64,000 bases of DNA. Origin: Torpedo marmorata. Lineage: Eukaryota. The notes below the pieces were generated by a model. That model was given only the letters and a program-made list of their open reading frames with translations. It was not told where the DNA came from and did no database searches. Where the stretch lies: NCBI GenBank assembly GCA_977017645.1, contig OZ360226.1, forward strand, positions 60,450,001 through 60,514,000, written 5' to 3'. The position numbers and the translations under genes were made by a program. Every line of letters starts with the position of its first letter. The stretch's first letter is position 1. Positions 35,333-49,900 of the stretch are shown piece by piece.

Positions 35333-36109
35333 AGCCCCTTTCACACTGCCAACCCTCCTAGAAAGCAGTTAAACGACCCGGGTTGCAGTACCCGGTGAGC
35401 CGTTCACACTGAACCATGAATTACCTGGTTCATGTGGATATCATGGATCTAAGGGGGGCCCAACCTCCAGCGGTGATGTCCCGAGTGATGTATTACGTAC
35501 TCGCAGGGCAGTGAAATTGTAGCGGGAATAAAGCACATACGCGCTCAATGTATAAAAGACCGTGGGAAAATCTACTGCAGTGGGCTTCCGACTGTTCAAT
35601 CTTAGGACAAACCCAGCTTGTCATTATTCCCTAAACAATAGAGTATAACAACTATTTAAATAGCATTACATTGTATTAGGTATTATAAGTAATCTTGAGG
35701 TGATTTAAAGCACAGGTACGCGCTGACAGCCCCGCCGGCCACGCTCTGATAGCCCCGCCGGCCACCCTATGATAGATCCACCGGCCGCCCTGTGGTGGAG
35801 CTGTCAGCACGTACCTGTGCTTTAAATCATCTCAAGATTACTTATAATACTACCAGACTGACGCACGCACGCAGGCACTAATGTCACTAATGGTACCCGG
35901 TAGAAAGGATTGGCCATTCACATCGCCGCAGAGTCAACTCCAAGTTTACTCGGCCGGGCTCTGATACAACCCCCCCACCAAGAGTCAGAGCCTGGTTGAT
36001 TTTTACTCGCCCTGCCCGGTTGGGACCTTTCACACTGCCAGATTACCCGCTTACGGACCTGCTAAATTGCCCGGTTCAACCCACTTTATTTGGCAGTTTG
36101 AAAGGGGCT
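35333..36109 (+). mobile_element. PIF/Harbinger non-autonomous element
   Basis: TIR AGCCCCTTTCA[C/A]ACTGCCAA; 3-bp TSD TTA at 35330-35332 and 36110-36112. Confidence 0.88.
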
Positions 36110-36256
36110 TTAGATTTGTACCAATTACTCTGAATCAACAGTCATACCTGTTGCCCAATATGACCATCATAAACTGTAACTAAATGTTTGTGGAGTTTCA
36201 CCTTTGGAAGTTTAAAATCTTTATTACATTTTTTATAAAGTGAAGAAGATTACATA

Positions 36257-39200
36257 CCGTATATTTTGGCGTATAAGTCGACCGGCAGATAAGTCGACCC
36301 CCCTTTTTCAGCCTCATTTTAATGGTTTTATTGTATATCCGATGTATAAGTCGATCCCCAAAAATCGCGATGCCTGAGATGTTGCGCATTGACCGGCGTA
36401 TAAGTCGACCCGCAAAAATCGCGATGATTGAGCTGCTGGGTGTTGACCGGCGTATAGGTCGACCCACAATGATCGCGCTGATTGAGCTGCTGGGCGTTGG
36501 CTGGAGGTGATTGTTATCATGGAGGCTCAATTGAAACGTCGAAAGTATGAGGCGAGTTTTAAATTAAAAGTGATAGAAATGGCCAAGAAAACCAACAACT
36601 GTGCTGCTGCAAGAAAATTTGATATATACGAGAAGTTGGTAAGAGATTAGAGGAAGAAAGTAGATACTTTAAGAAAAATACCAAAAAGGCAATGTTCGAT
36701 GAGAAGATGAATCACTCGTTGGCCAGAGTTGGAAAATCATGTTGCAGCATGGGTACGTGAACAGAGGCAAGATTGCTACATAGTCACCCGAAATAAAATA
36801 GTAACATTTGCACTGAAGTGGGCAAAGTCGCACCCAGAACTCAGTAATGATTTTGAAGCTACAGTAGGCTGGTGCAACCGTTTAATGAACAGGAAAATTC
36901 TGGTTATACGACAAAAAACTAAAATTGCTCAGAAACTACCAAAAGATCTTGATCATAAAGTTGTAAGTTTTCACCAGTTTATTTTACGTAACCGGCAGAA
37001 ACACAAGTTTGCATTGGCAAATATTGGAAACATGAACGAAACCCCCATGAATTTTGACATGATAGGCAATAGAACAGTGGAATGGAAAGGTGTGAAAACT
37101 GTGCAAACCAGGAGTACAGGACATGAAAGGACCAGGTTTACTCTGGTGTTATCGTGCATGGCCGACGGGACAAAGTTAAGACACATGGTAATCTTCAAGC
37201 GCAAACTTAAACCTAAAATAAATTTCCCAGCAGGTATTTTTGTACATTTTCATGAAAAAGGATGGATGGATGAAAATGGTGTAAACTATGGATAGACAAT
37301 GTGTGGAACAGGCGGCCAGGCGGTTTACTCAAGGAACGGAGTTTGCTGGTCTGGGATATGTTTCGTAGCCACTTAACTGAGAAGACTAAAAGTAGATTAG
37401 CACAACATAATACTTACATGGCGGTTATCCCGGGTGGTTTGACGTCTATATTGCAACCTCTCGACGTCTGCTTGAACAAGCCATTCATAGACCACGTGCG
37501 TGAAGAGTGGAATACATGGATGACGAGTGCAGAAAAATCATTTACAAAAGGCGGGGCAATGCGTGCTGCATCGCTTGATGTGCTGTGTGACTTCGTGCTC
37601 AAGGCATGGGACAAAGTGAAAGTAGAGACTGTAATAAAATCGTTTAAAAAGTGCGGTATCTCTTGTGCAATTGATGGTACGGAAGATGATTTATTGTGGG
37701 ACACTGACGACGAAGCTGAAGACGCCTCATCAGAATCAGACTGGGACCAGAACGATGACTGTTTAAACAGTGAGACCCCGGATGTGCTTGCTGAGATCTT
37801 TGCCTCAGACGATGATAGCGAAAGTGATTTTGAAGGGTTCTAAATGTCTTGTTGTTTTCAATAAAAATGTCAATGAAAATTTGTTGCAGTCGGGTTTTTT
37901 TTTGGTTTTTCAAGGGTCGACTTATGCGCCGAATCGTGTTTTCAAGGGTCGACTTATACGCCGAATCGGGTTTTCAAGGGTCGACTTATACGCCGAATCG
38001 GCGTGGACTGGTTTTTAAAAAAAAATATTTTATTTAAAATTTTAAATCACAAAATACATAAGATAAAATATAAAATTATCAAAATATTGTGATATATTTT
38101 CACCCCCCTTAATAATTTTTTTTAACTTTTAAAATCACAAAATACATAAATCAAAAATAGTATATCATTCAAAATACATGTGATATATTACCTCCCCCCC
38201 TCCCACCCTCCCCTCCCCAACCCTCCCACACTATTCTAATAAAAAAAAAGAAGAGAAAAAAAAAAAAGTATTAGTTAAAAAGAAAAAAAAAAGAATAGAA
38301 TTGAATAAGAAAGATTTAAGAGTTAGAATGAGGAGAAAACAATTACAAGCTAACTCTACTTATATATTGGAGGTTACATTTGTCAGCGGTACCAACTTTT
38401 AGAGAATTAATTCATACCCATAATTCTCATATATGGGCTCCAAATTTTCAAAAAGAAATGATATTTATCTCATAAATTATATGTAATTTTTTCCAATGGT
38501 ATACAAGAACGTAATTCTGCATGTAGTCTATCTAAATTCAAATCTAAATCTGATTTCCAAGTAATAGCGATACATTTTTTTGAAATCGCTAACACAATTC
38601 GTAAAAATTCTATTTGATACATATTCAATCTATTTCTAATACTAATTTTTTTAATATCTCCAAATAAAAATACCATAGGATCCATTGGAATCGTAATATT
38701 AAAAATTCTATCTAAAAAATCCTTAACTTTAGACCAAAAATTTTGAATTTTTAAACATGACCATGTACAGTGTACAAAAGAACCTATTTCATCTTTACAC
38801 CTAAAACACATATCTGATAATGCCGGATTAAATTTCTTTAATTTTTTAGGTGTTATATATAATTGATGAAAAAATTATATTGTACTAATCTATATCTAAC
38901 ATTAATAATTTTAGTCATACTCAATTTACATAATTCTTTCCAATGTTGTTCATCTATACTAATATTTAAATCTGACTCCCAATTTAATCTAGATTTATGT
39001 AATCCTACTTTAGGCATCTTTCTCTGAAGTAGTTTATATATTTGTGATATAAATTTATTAACATTTCCATTAGTAATTAGTAACTCTAATCCATCTTGTC
39101 TAGGAGATATTAATTGATTCCCCAATTTCTCAACTAAAAATCCTTTAACCTGATAATAAGCTAAAATCGTATTATCCATTATTCCAAATTTTTCTTTCAA

Positions 39201-42200
39201 CCTAGAAAAAGTAACAAATCTTCCCGCCTCAAAGCAATCTTTGATCTTCTTAATTCCTTTTTGATACCATAATTTTAAAAATTGGTTATCAATAGAAAAA
39301 GGTAACAATAAATTCTGATATAATGGCATATTTAAAGATATTGATCCTTTTCGTCCTATCTCATTATCTATCTGAGTCCAAATTTCCAATAAATGTTTAA
39401 TAATCGGTGATTTTTTCTTTTTAATTAATAATAATTTAGAATTCCATTTATAAATAATATCTTCCTTATATCTTTCCCCTATATTACTCAATTCTATATT
39501 AATCCAAGCAGTATTTTTAGTTAAGTCAAAAAATTCATTAATAAATTTTAATTGTGCTGCCTTATAGTAATATTGAAAATTGGGAAGCTGTAATCCACCC
39601 ATTCGTATTCCCAAGTTAATTTATCTATACTTACCCTTGCTAATTTTCCTTTCCATAAAAACTTTCTAACAATGATTTTTAAATCTTTGAAAAATTTTTG
39701 AGGAATACCAAAAGGTATAGATTGAAAAAGATATTGAACTCTTGGAAAAATATTCATTTTAATACAATTCACTCTTCCCATTAGAGTTATAGGTAAATCT
39801 TTCCAATTTTCCAAATCTTTCTTTATTTTCTGAAATAAAGGTATATAATTTAATTTATATAAATTTTCCAATTTTGTATCTACTTTAACTCCCAAATATT
39901 TAATTGCTTCTTTAGCCCATTTAAATTTTGTAACTTCTTTACATTTAGTATAGTCTCCTTGAGATAAAGCCATTATCTCTCTTATCCGAGTTTATTTTAT
40001 ATCCAGATATCTCACCATACTCCCTCAATATCTTATCTAATTGTTGAAGCAATTCAATAGATTTTGTCATATATATTAATACATCATCTGCAAACAAACT
40101 AATTTTATGTTCTTCTGTACCTACTTTAATCCCATTTATATTAGTATCTTTCCTAATCATTTCAGCCAACGGTTCTATTGCCAATACAAACAAAGCAGGT
40201 GACAAAGGACATCCTTGTCTTGTTGATCGTGTCAAGGAAAATTTAGATGATATTTGACCATTTGTAATTACTCTAGCTGTAGGTTCCTTATATATAGTCT
40301 TAATCCAATTTATAAAAATATTTCCAAATCCATATTTCTCTAAAACCTTAAATAAAAAATTCCATTCTAATCTATCAAATGCTTTTTCTGCATCTAATGC
40401 TATCACTAACGGCAAATCCTGTTTCCTTTTTTGTAAATTAATTAAACTTATTAATCTTGCTATATTATCCTTCGAATATCTATTTTTAATAAATCCTGCT
40501 TGGTCTGGATGTATTAAAAACGGTAAGAACTTAGCTAATCTATTTGTCAAAATTTTTGCCATTATTTTATAATCTACATTCAACAATGATATAGGTCTAT
40601 ACGACTCAGTTTTTAATACATCTCTATCTTTCTTTGGTATAACTGTAATAATAGCATTTAAAAATGTTTTCGGTAATAAATGAGTTTCCTTTATTTGAGT
40701 CAACACTTCCATATATATAGGTATCAGTAAATCTTTAAACTTCTTATAAAACTCTATCGGAAATCCATCATCACCAGGAGATTTACCACTTTTCAATGAC
40801 GATAAAGCTTCACCTACTTCTCTCATTGTAATGGGTAAATCTAACAAATCTCTATTAAAACTATTCAATTTAGGCAATGTAATTTTAGATAAAAAATTAT
40901 CAATTTTTGTAACATCTTGATTCATCTGCGAAGTGTATAAATTCTGATAATACTCTCTAAATGAATTATTTATTTCTTGAGGTTTATAAGTTATTTCACC
41001 GGTACTTTTCTTTATTGCATTTATAGTTTTAGAAACTTGTTCTTTTTTTAATTGCCATGCTAAAACTTTATGTGCTCTTTCTCCCAATTCATAATATCTT
41101 TGCTTTGTTCTACCAATTAATTTTTCTATTTTTCGAGTTTGTAATATATTATAATGTAATTTTTTCCCAATTAAACATTGTCTCTTAAAAATTGTTTTAT
41201 TTCTTTGAAAATCTTTTTCCATAAATTCAATCTCCCCTTCCAATTTTTCTTCTTCTTTCAAATAATCTTTTCTAATTTTTGCCGAAAAACTTATTATCAA
41301 ACCTCTTAAATATGCTTTTAAAGATTCCCAAATTATAAACTTATCATTAACTGAATTATTATTAATTCTTAAAAATTCCTGAATTTCTTTTCTTACATAT
41401 TCACAAAAATCTTTTCTATTTAATAAAGAAGAGTCTAATCTCCAGTTATATACAGTTTTTTCTTTCTCTGGAATTATACATGTCATTAATAAAGGTGAAT
41501 GATCTGAGATTATTCTTGCTTTATAAGAAATTTGAGTTATTCTGTCCTGAATTTGTGAAGATATCAAAAACAAATCAATCCTTGAGAATGAATTGTGTCG
41601 AAAAGAATAAAATGAATAATCTTTTTCTCTAGGATTTAACTTCCTCCAAATATCTACCAAGTTTAAGTCATCCATTAAAGTAATAATTCTTTTAACTATT
41701 TTAGGTCTAACAGATGATTTAATTTCATCTTAATACTAATTTTTTTTAATATCTCCAAATAAAAATAACATAGGGTCCATTGGGAATGTAATCTTAAATA
41801 CTTTATCTAAAAAAATTTTAACTTTCAACCAAAAATCATAAACTTTTGGACAAAACCATGTAGAATGTACAAAAGACCCTTCCTCTTTATTACATCTAAA
41901 ACATAAACCTGATAATGTCGGATTAAATTTCTTTAATTTTTTAGGTGTTAAATATAATTGTTGAAAAAAATTGTATTGTATTAATCTATATCTAACATTA
42001 ATAATCTTCGTCATACTTAATTTACATAATTCTTTCCAATGATTTTCTTCTATTGTTACGTTCAAATCTAATTCCCATTTTAATCTTGATTTATAAATTC
42101 CTACTTTAGGAGTTTTCTCTGAAACAATCTATACATTTGAGAAATAAATTTATTTACATCTCCTTGCGTGGATTGGTTTTTGAGCTGATTTTAAGGTCTC

Positions 42201-42288
42201 AAAAGTATATCCGGCGTATAAGTCGACCCCTGTTTTTTGAGAGATTTTTGAGGGTTTCAAGACTCGACTTATACGCCGAAATATACGG
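36257..42288 (+). mobile_element. Second pogo DD35D transposon, interrupted by L1 at 38017-42165
   Basis: TIRs and TA TSD. Transposase remnant ~36519-37843 has stops and frameshifts, with NMNETP in place of NMDETP. Confidence 0.92.
38017..42165 (-). mobile_element. Composite AT-rich L1-clade insertion with 16-bp TSD
   Basis: TSD GCGTGGA[C/T]TGGTTTTT at 38001-38016 and 42166-42181. Frameshifted ORF2 pieces: SDHSP, YRPISLLNVD, ALDAEKAFD, TRQGCPLSP, FADD, CFRC..HCTWSC. Confidence 0.9.
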
Positions 42289-43026
42289 TATGTTGGGCTC
42301 TTGTTGCTGTTTGAAATCACAGGTAGCTTGTTGATTCTACTTTCTCCAACATGCTCTTCACCATCTAACCCCAAAGCACTGACAACAAAAACTATTATCC
42401 CTGATTATTCCTCAGTTATTCCATCTATATACTTAAGTGGGTTGATTCTTTTCCACTGCAATTTCAGAGCAAAATTATTGCTCTTTTCATATTTGTTGTG
42501 TATTTTTACCAAAAACAAGAGAACATTTTCTTTTGTTTTTGCCTTCGGTTTCATCACTCTCATCTCCTTGGCCCAGCTTTAGCATTTTTTGTCTCCACTA
42601 AAGATTTTTGTTAGGTTTACACATTTCTCTCACATTCTGCTCTGTTGACTTACCGATAACTTTAAGTCAAGCCTCTATTGACCAAATGACAATTCTCATC
42701 TGCTGTCTCTAAGATCAGGTTAGTTGCTCGAAACCATCTTTATCACACCAAAGTGAAATGACAGCAGCTTTAAACCTACTGCCACCAGTATTGATTCCTC
42801 ATTAATGTTTTCCCAGATGAATTCAAACACTTTTGCATGGCTCTGAAGTATCAGACTAAATTATGTGTAAACACTGCATTGGCACAAACATTATATAACC
42901 TGAATCCAGAAAAAAACAAATAAAGAATTTCCAAATTCAAAACAAATGGACTAATTATATAAATTGTTCTCCTTGTTACAAAGAAAGTATTGAAAAATGT
43001 TCACCAAAAACAAATCCTCAATACAA

Positions 43027-44272
43027 ATCAGAATCAGAATCAGAATTTATTGTCATGAACAAGTCATGAAATTCAGTGTTTTTGCAGTAGCATCATAGTG
43101 CAATTAACATTCATATTATAACCATCTTACGACATTACTATAAAAAATTATAAATAATACTGCACGAAAAGTAAGTCAGTGTCTTTGGTTCATTGATTAT
43201 TCAGGAATCTGATGGCAGCGGGGAAGAAGCTGCTCTTGTGCCGTTGAGTGCTCGTCTTTAGGCTCCTGTACCTTCTTCCCGATGGTAGCAGAGTGAAGAG
43301 GGCATGGCCTGGGTGGTGGGGGTCTTTGAGGATAGAGGCTGCTTTTTTAAGACACCGCCTCATGTAGATGTTCTCGATGGAGTGAAGTTTGGTGCCTGTG
43401 ATGTCACAGGCCGAGTTAACAACTCTCTGGAGTTTACTCTTGTCCAGAGAGTTGGCGCCTCCATACCAAGCAGTGATGCAACCAGCCAGAATGCTCTCCA
43501 TGGTACACCTGTAGAAGTTTACAAGAGTCTTCGGTGACATACCGAATCTCCTCAGACGCCTCACAAAGTATAGCCACTGGCGAGCCTTCTTTGTGATTGT
43601 ATCAATGTGGAGGCTCCAGGACAGATCCTCAGAGATGTTGACACCCAGGAATTTGAAGTTCTTGACTCTCTCCACTACTGAGCCCTCAATGAGGACTGGG
43701 TCATGTTCCCCTGACTTCCTCCTGAAGTCCACAATCATCTCCTTGGTTTTGCTGACGTTGAGCTCAAGGTTGTTGTCGTTACACCATTCAACGAGCTGAT
43801 CTATCTCCCTCCTGTATGCTTCCTCATTGCCGTTTGTGATTCTGCCAACAACTGTGGTGTCATCGGCAAACTTGTAGATGGCATTGGAATTGTGTCTGGC
43901 CACACAGTCATGGGTGTATAACGAGTAGAGCAGTGGGCTAAGCACGCATCCTTGGGGTGCGCCTGTGTTGATAATCAGTGAAGAGGAGACGTTGTTTCCA
44001 ATTCGTACTGACTGTGGTCTTCCGATGAGAAAGTCAACGATCCAGTTGCAGAGTGGGGTACAGAGGCCTCGAGTTTGTAGCTTCTTGACCAGCACTGAGG
44101 GAATAATGGTATTGAAGGCTGAACTGTAGTCGATGAAGAGCATCCGTATGTATGAATTGATGTTTTCGAGATGATCCAGAGCTGAGTGGAGAGCCAGCGA
44201 TATTGCATCTGCTGTGGAGCGATTGTGACGATAGGCGAATTGCAGTGGGTCCAGATCTTTGCTTAGGTATGT
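43027..44272 (-). mobile_element. 5'-truncated Rex1/Babar LINE
   Basis: ORF 43190..44143 ([23 protein letters not shown]); GACAATAAA followed by a (TTCTGA)n tail. Confidence 0.92.
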
Positions 44273-44550
44273 TTAGGCAATTTAGATAAATCATATAAAT
44301 TGTTCTCCTTGTTACAAAGAAATTATTGAAAAAATGATTACCAAAAACAAAGCCTCAGACTCAATGCCTCTGTCTCCAGTTCAAGAACACCATCCCAGTC
44401 AATCTGCTGATATTGCAATCCATATGTTCAAAATTACTGGAAAATTTGATTACAAAGTATGGAGAACAAACTTTGACTTGAAGGAGAAGCATTAACACGA
44501 GGACACAAACTTAAAATAAATGGCAGAAGAGCCAGGGAAGAAACAAGGAG

Positions 44551-45400
44551 ATTAAAATGGGAATTAGATTTGAACGTAACAATAGATGAAAATCATTAGA
44601 AAGAATTATGTAAATTAAGTATGACGAAGATTATTAATGTTAGATATAGATTAGTACAATACAATTTTTTTCAACAATTATATTTAACGCCTAAAAAATT
44701 AAAGAAATTTAATTCGACATTATCAGGTTTATGTTTTAGATGTAATAAAGAGGACGGTTCTTTCGTACATTCTACATGGTTTTGTCCAAAAGTTTATGAT
44801 TTTTGGTTGAAAGTTAAAAAAAATTTAGATAAAGTATTTAAGATTACATTTCCAATGGATCCTATGATATTTTTGTTTGGAGATATTAAAAAATTTAGTA
44901 TTGAGATGAAATTAAATATGTATCAAATAGAATTTCTGCGAATTGCTTTAGCTGTTTCAAAGAAATGTATTGCTATTACTTGGAAATCTGATCTAGATTT
45001 AGGGTTAGAAAGATGGCATGCAGAACTTCGTTCGTGTATACCACTTGAAAAAATTACTTATAATTTACGTAATAAATATCATTTCTTTTTAAAAATTTGG
45101 AGCCCTTATATGAAAGCTGTTGGTTTAAGGATCTGAAGATCTCTGGACATCGGATCTACTGGCATACTTGACCTCCATAATAGAATTAGTCTATAGATGT
45201 ATTTTTTTAGATTGGCATTCTCCTTACCTTATCCTTTTCTTTCTTTTTTTTATTTTATTTTATTAGATTAGTGGGGTTGGGGGGGTTGGGGAGGGGAGGG
45301 TGGGAGGGGGGGGTGAAAATGTATCACAAGTATTTTGATAATTTCATATTTTATTTTATGTATTCTGTGATTTAAAATTTTAAATAAAATATTTTTTAAA
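44551..45400 (+). mobile_element. 5'-truncated L1 3' end
   Basis: ORF 44621..45136 is the ORF2 Cys-rich C-terminus. G-rich 3' UTR and AATAAA follow. Flanked by AAGGAG direct repeats. Confidence 0.88.
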
Positions 45401-46989
45401 AAGGAGCATTTTCTTCTGCTCCAATATTTATGGACTTTCCTGCTGCTATCATGATCTGACCTCTCATTGGTAAAAGATGATGCCTTTGCACTGTTTCTCC
45501 ATATCCTGTATTATGTTTTTGTAACTCTATATAATGCATGGTGTGAAACTGTAATACTACTCCCCACACTTTTGCCTATTTATTTTTCTGTCTATCCTGT
45601 TCAGTGACCTGTTCTGCTCTGCACTGGAGATTGTGCACTTTATCTATCTATCTACTGAGTGGAGTGAAACACAAAAGTCTGCAGGCGATGTGATTATAGT
45701 AAAAACGCTGGAGGAACTCAGCAGGTCACGCAGCTTCCATAGGAGGTAAAGATATGTAACAAACTGAGTCCTTGACAAAAGAAAAACAAAGCTTTTTTAC
45801 TGTATCTAGATACACGTCAATGAGCATTTCAATTCAATTCATTTGAAAATTATAATTTTCAAAAGGAAACAGAATTTATACTTGAAACTATTTACTTATA
45901 AAATGGTTAGTGAATGATGGATCATTGCTATTTGTAAGTTGCCTGCCATTTTTCTGAGTAAATGGGTGATTACACTTTTAAAATATTCCATTGGATATAA
46001 AGCACTTTATGTATTCTGCGAAAAGTGCAGAACAAATGAAAGTATTTTCTCTTATATTCAAAAGATTATCTAATCAGGTAAGATCTTTATTCATCCTTGT
46101 CTCTTGCCAATCTTTTGCTGCTCTCCTATTCCTTCAGAGCCTGTTCTGCTCTACTCTGGAGATTGTGCACTTTAAGAAACGATTACCTGCTTTAGGGTTT
46201 TACCCTCTGTTGACATTTATTGTGAAGGGACTCATGTTTTCACCAGAAAGCCCACTTTTAGCAATGGGTGTTTTGTGTACCCACTCTATTAACCTCTGTT
46301 GATCTCCTGAGAAATTTTGGACTTGTGATTGGTGGGAACTCAGTAGCAAAGAGCAAAGTAAAGTATGTGTAAATCATGGATATCTGAAACTGACCTTTAT
46401 AGGAAAACTATGAACGTCTTTATAATAGATAGTCTAGCTGTTGAATACATATTCCAAACTCTCTTCGTGAATGTTTCAAGTGAGAAAATTAATTTGTGAC
46501 AAGTTTGAGACAGTGTAACTTAATCAAATCCAGCTAATTAAGAGCAACCAGGGGTAATTATGAATTGCCGTGAAATATTCTGGAAATTAAAAGGGCAATG
46601 CCTTCATGAAAACTTGCTCTCAAGTAATTTCATCTTGCTTGCAAACATAAACAAAATCATAGTTTGCAATACATTGTTGGGCCAATTTTTGCCAAATCTC
46701 TCTATCCCTGGGGTATTCCTCACCCCATATTTGGGTCTGTTGTAGACAAATTAATCATGATTGGTTGCTATGATTACTCAGCTGCTACATTATCCCTTCA
46801 TTATGCGGCCATCAAGGTGGTAAAATCTGAATTAGATGGACTTTGGTTTTGCCAGCTGGAGAAAGACCAATGTTTGCATATCAATTACCGGTATGTTTAA
46901 GCCCATTCCTGTTATTGATTTAAAAAGCATTAAGCTGTAGATGCTGGAAATCTGGAATTAAAAAAAGAAAATGTCTGAAACATTCAGCA

Positions 46990-49900
46990 GGAATTAGGAA
47001 GGAAGCTGAGAAGCAGGACCTCCAGCGTGGTAATCTCAGGATTACTGCCTGTGCCTCGTGCTAGTGAGGGAAAAAATAGCGACATCAGACAGATAAGTGC
47101 GTGGCTAAGAAACTGGTGCAGAGGGCAGGGTTTTAGATTCTTGGATCACTGGGATCTCTTTTGGGAAAGGTACGACCTATATAAAAAGGATGGAATACAC
47201 CTGAACCCAAAGGGGTCCAATATCCTGGCAGGCAGGTTTAATATGGCTGTTAAGGAAGATTTAAACTAATTTTGCAGGGGGATGGGAACCAGAGTGTCAG
47301 AGCTGATGAAGGGCAAAATAGAAATAAACCAAGGATAGTGTGCAGCAAGGATGACAAGCAGGTGATTGGACAAAATTGCAGCCGGAGGGATGACAGAGAC
47401 AGTGCATTCAAAAACTGGTCTAAAGGTATTAAACTTAAATGCACGCAGCAGTAGAAACAAGGTGGATGATCTTGCAGTACAGTTACAGATTGGAGGATAC
47501 GATGTTGTGGTCATTACTGAGTCGTGGCTAAAGGATGGATGTCATTGGGAGCTGAACATCCAAGGATACATGGTGTATCGGAAGGATAGACAGGTAGGCA
47601 GAGGGGGTGGCGTGGATCTGCTTGTAAACAACAATATCAAATCATTGGAAAGAAGTGACATAGAATCAGAAGAGGTAGAATCCTTATGGGTTGAGTTAAG
47701 GAATGGTAAAGGTAAAAAGGACCCTAATGGCAGTTATACACAGTACAGGTCTACAAACAGCAGCTGGGATGTTGACTACAAAATACAACAGGAAATAAAA
47801 AAGGCATGTTAGAAGGACAATGTTACAATAATCATGGGGGATTTTAACATGAAAGTAGATTGGGAAAGTCAGGTCAGTACGGGATCCCAGGAGGGAGAGT
47901 TTGTGGAATGCCTACGGGATGGTTTTTTGGAGCAGCTTGTTGATGTCAAAGATGAGGTTGTGGAGTACCTAGAGGAGCATCACAAAATAGGTTCAAGTCA
48001 GCATGGTTTATTTAAAGGAAAATCATGCTTGACAAACCTACTACAATTTTTTTGAGGAGATAACAAACAGGATAGGCATGGGAGAAGCAGTGGCTGTTGT
48101 GCACTTGGACATTCAAAAGGCCTTCGACAAGGTGCCACATACAAGGCTCCTTAACAAGATGAAAGCTCATGGAATTACAGGAAGGATAGAATGGGTAGAC
48201 TATTGGTTAATAGGCAGGAAACAGAAAGTGGGAATAAGGGGATCCTATTCGGGTTGGTTGCCTGTGACTAGTGGTGTTCCGCAGGGGTCAGTGTTGGAGC
48301 CGCTTCTTTTTACGTTGTATATAAATGATTTGGATAATGGAATAAATAGCTTTGTGGCTAAATTTGTGGATGACACCAAAATAGGTGGTAGAGCTGGTGG
48401 TGCTGAGGACACGGAAAGGCTGCAGAGAGACTTGGAAAGATTAGGAGAATGGGCAAAGAGATGGCAGATGAAATACAAATGTTGGGAAGTGTACAGTCAT
48501 ACACTTTGGTACAGGAAATAGACGGGCAAACTATTATTGGGAGAAAATTCAAAATTCGGAGGTGCAAAGGGACTTGGGAGTCCTCGTGCAGGATACCCTA
48601 AAGGTTAACCTCCAGGTTGAGTCGGCAGTGAAGAAAGCGAATGCAATGTTGACATTCATTACTAAAGGAATAGCATACAAGAGCAGGGATGTAATGTTGA
48701 GACTTTATAGGGCGCTGGTGAGACCTCACTTGGAGTACTGGGTACAATTTTGTACAATTTTGGGTAACTTATTTGAGAAAGGATGTGCTGGCATTGGAGA
48801 GGGTTCAGAGAAGATTTACTAGCATGAAACCAGGTTAGCACATGAGGAATGTTTGTCGGCTCTTGGACTGTACTCGTTGGAGTACAGAAGGATGAGGGGG
48901 GACCTCATAGAGGCATTTCGAATGCTGAAAGGCCTGGACAGAGAAGATGTGACAAAGTTGTTTCCCGTGGTAGGGGAGTCTAGGGCAAGAGCCCACAATT
49001 TCAGGATAAAAGGGCATCAATTTAAAGCAGAAATATGCAGACATTTCTTTAGCCAGAGGGTCGTGAGACTGTGGAACTTGCTGCCACAGGCGGCAGTGCA
49101 AGCGAGGTCGTAGGGTGTATTTAAGACAGAAATTCAAGATTCAAGATTCAATTTATTGTCATAGTAATAAAATGGTGTCATATTCCATGAAATTTCTTTT
49201 TGCCTGCTGCAAGGCAGACAGATTCGCCACCGGCAGAAATTGCTTAAGCGCCTCTAACATTCCTTACAGTCAGAGAAAGAGAAGCAAAAGAGAGTCCCCC
49301 CAGAGTCACCGAGTGTCCATAGATTGGCCTCCAGCACTTCCGCAGCCTCCGCAGCCACACAGAGTCCAGTCCAAACCATCGGCATCCCGAGCTCCAGATC
49401 TGAATCTCCGACACGGTCAGGAACCCTTCGGCGCCCTCGGCGCCCCCTCGCATCCCGGTTCCAATACCTGATACTCCTCCAGCCAGTTCGAGCCAGTCTA
49501 CAGCAGTCCATAGCCCTGCGCAAGTCTCCCGACAGCAGTCTCCAGCAGCCTATAGCCTCCGCGGGTTCCTCACCTCGAGTCGCCAGCAGCCCGCCGCATG
49601 CACTTGTCCTTCAGCCTCAGAACCCGTCACTGGTCCGCCGCTGTGGTCAATGTCCCGTGGGTCGTCTCCTCTGCTTCTCCTTCTCAGATGGGGGTGGGGG
49701 GTGATCTTTCCGTCCTCTGGTGCCCTGCTCCAGTCCTCCGCTTCCCCGTAGTCTGCAGCCCTTTGTGGCTGCTGCTGATTAATAGGCGCTGCCATCTTGG
49801 GCACAGACCCCGCGGTCGCGGGATCTCAAACAAAACCTCCGTCGGTTCCCTCAATGGGCCGTTCAAAGCCCGTGCGGAGCCGACGTCAGTCGACTGGGCT

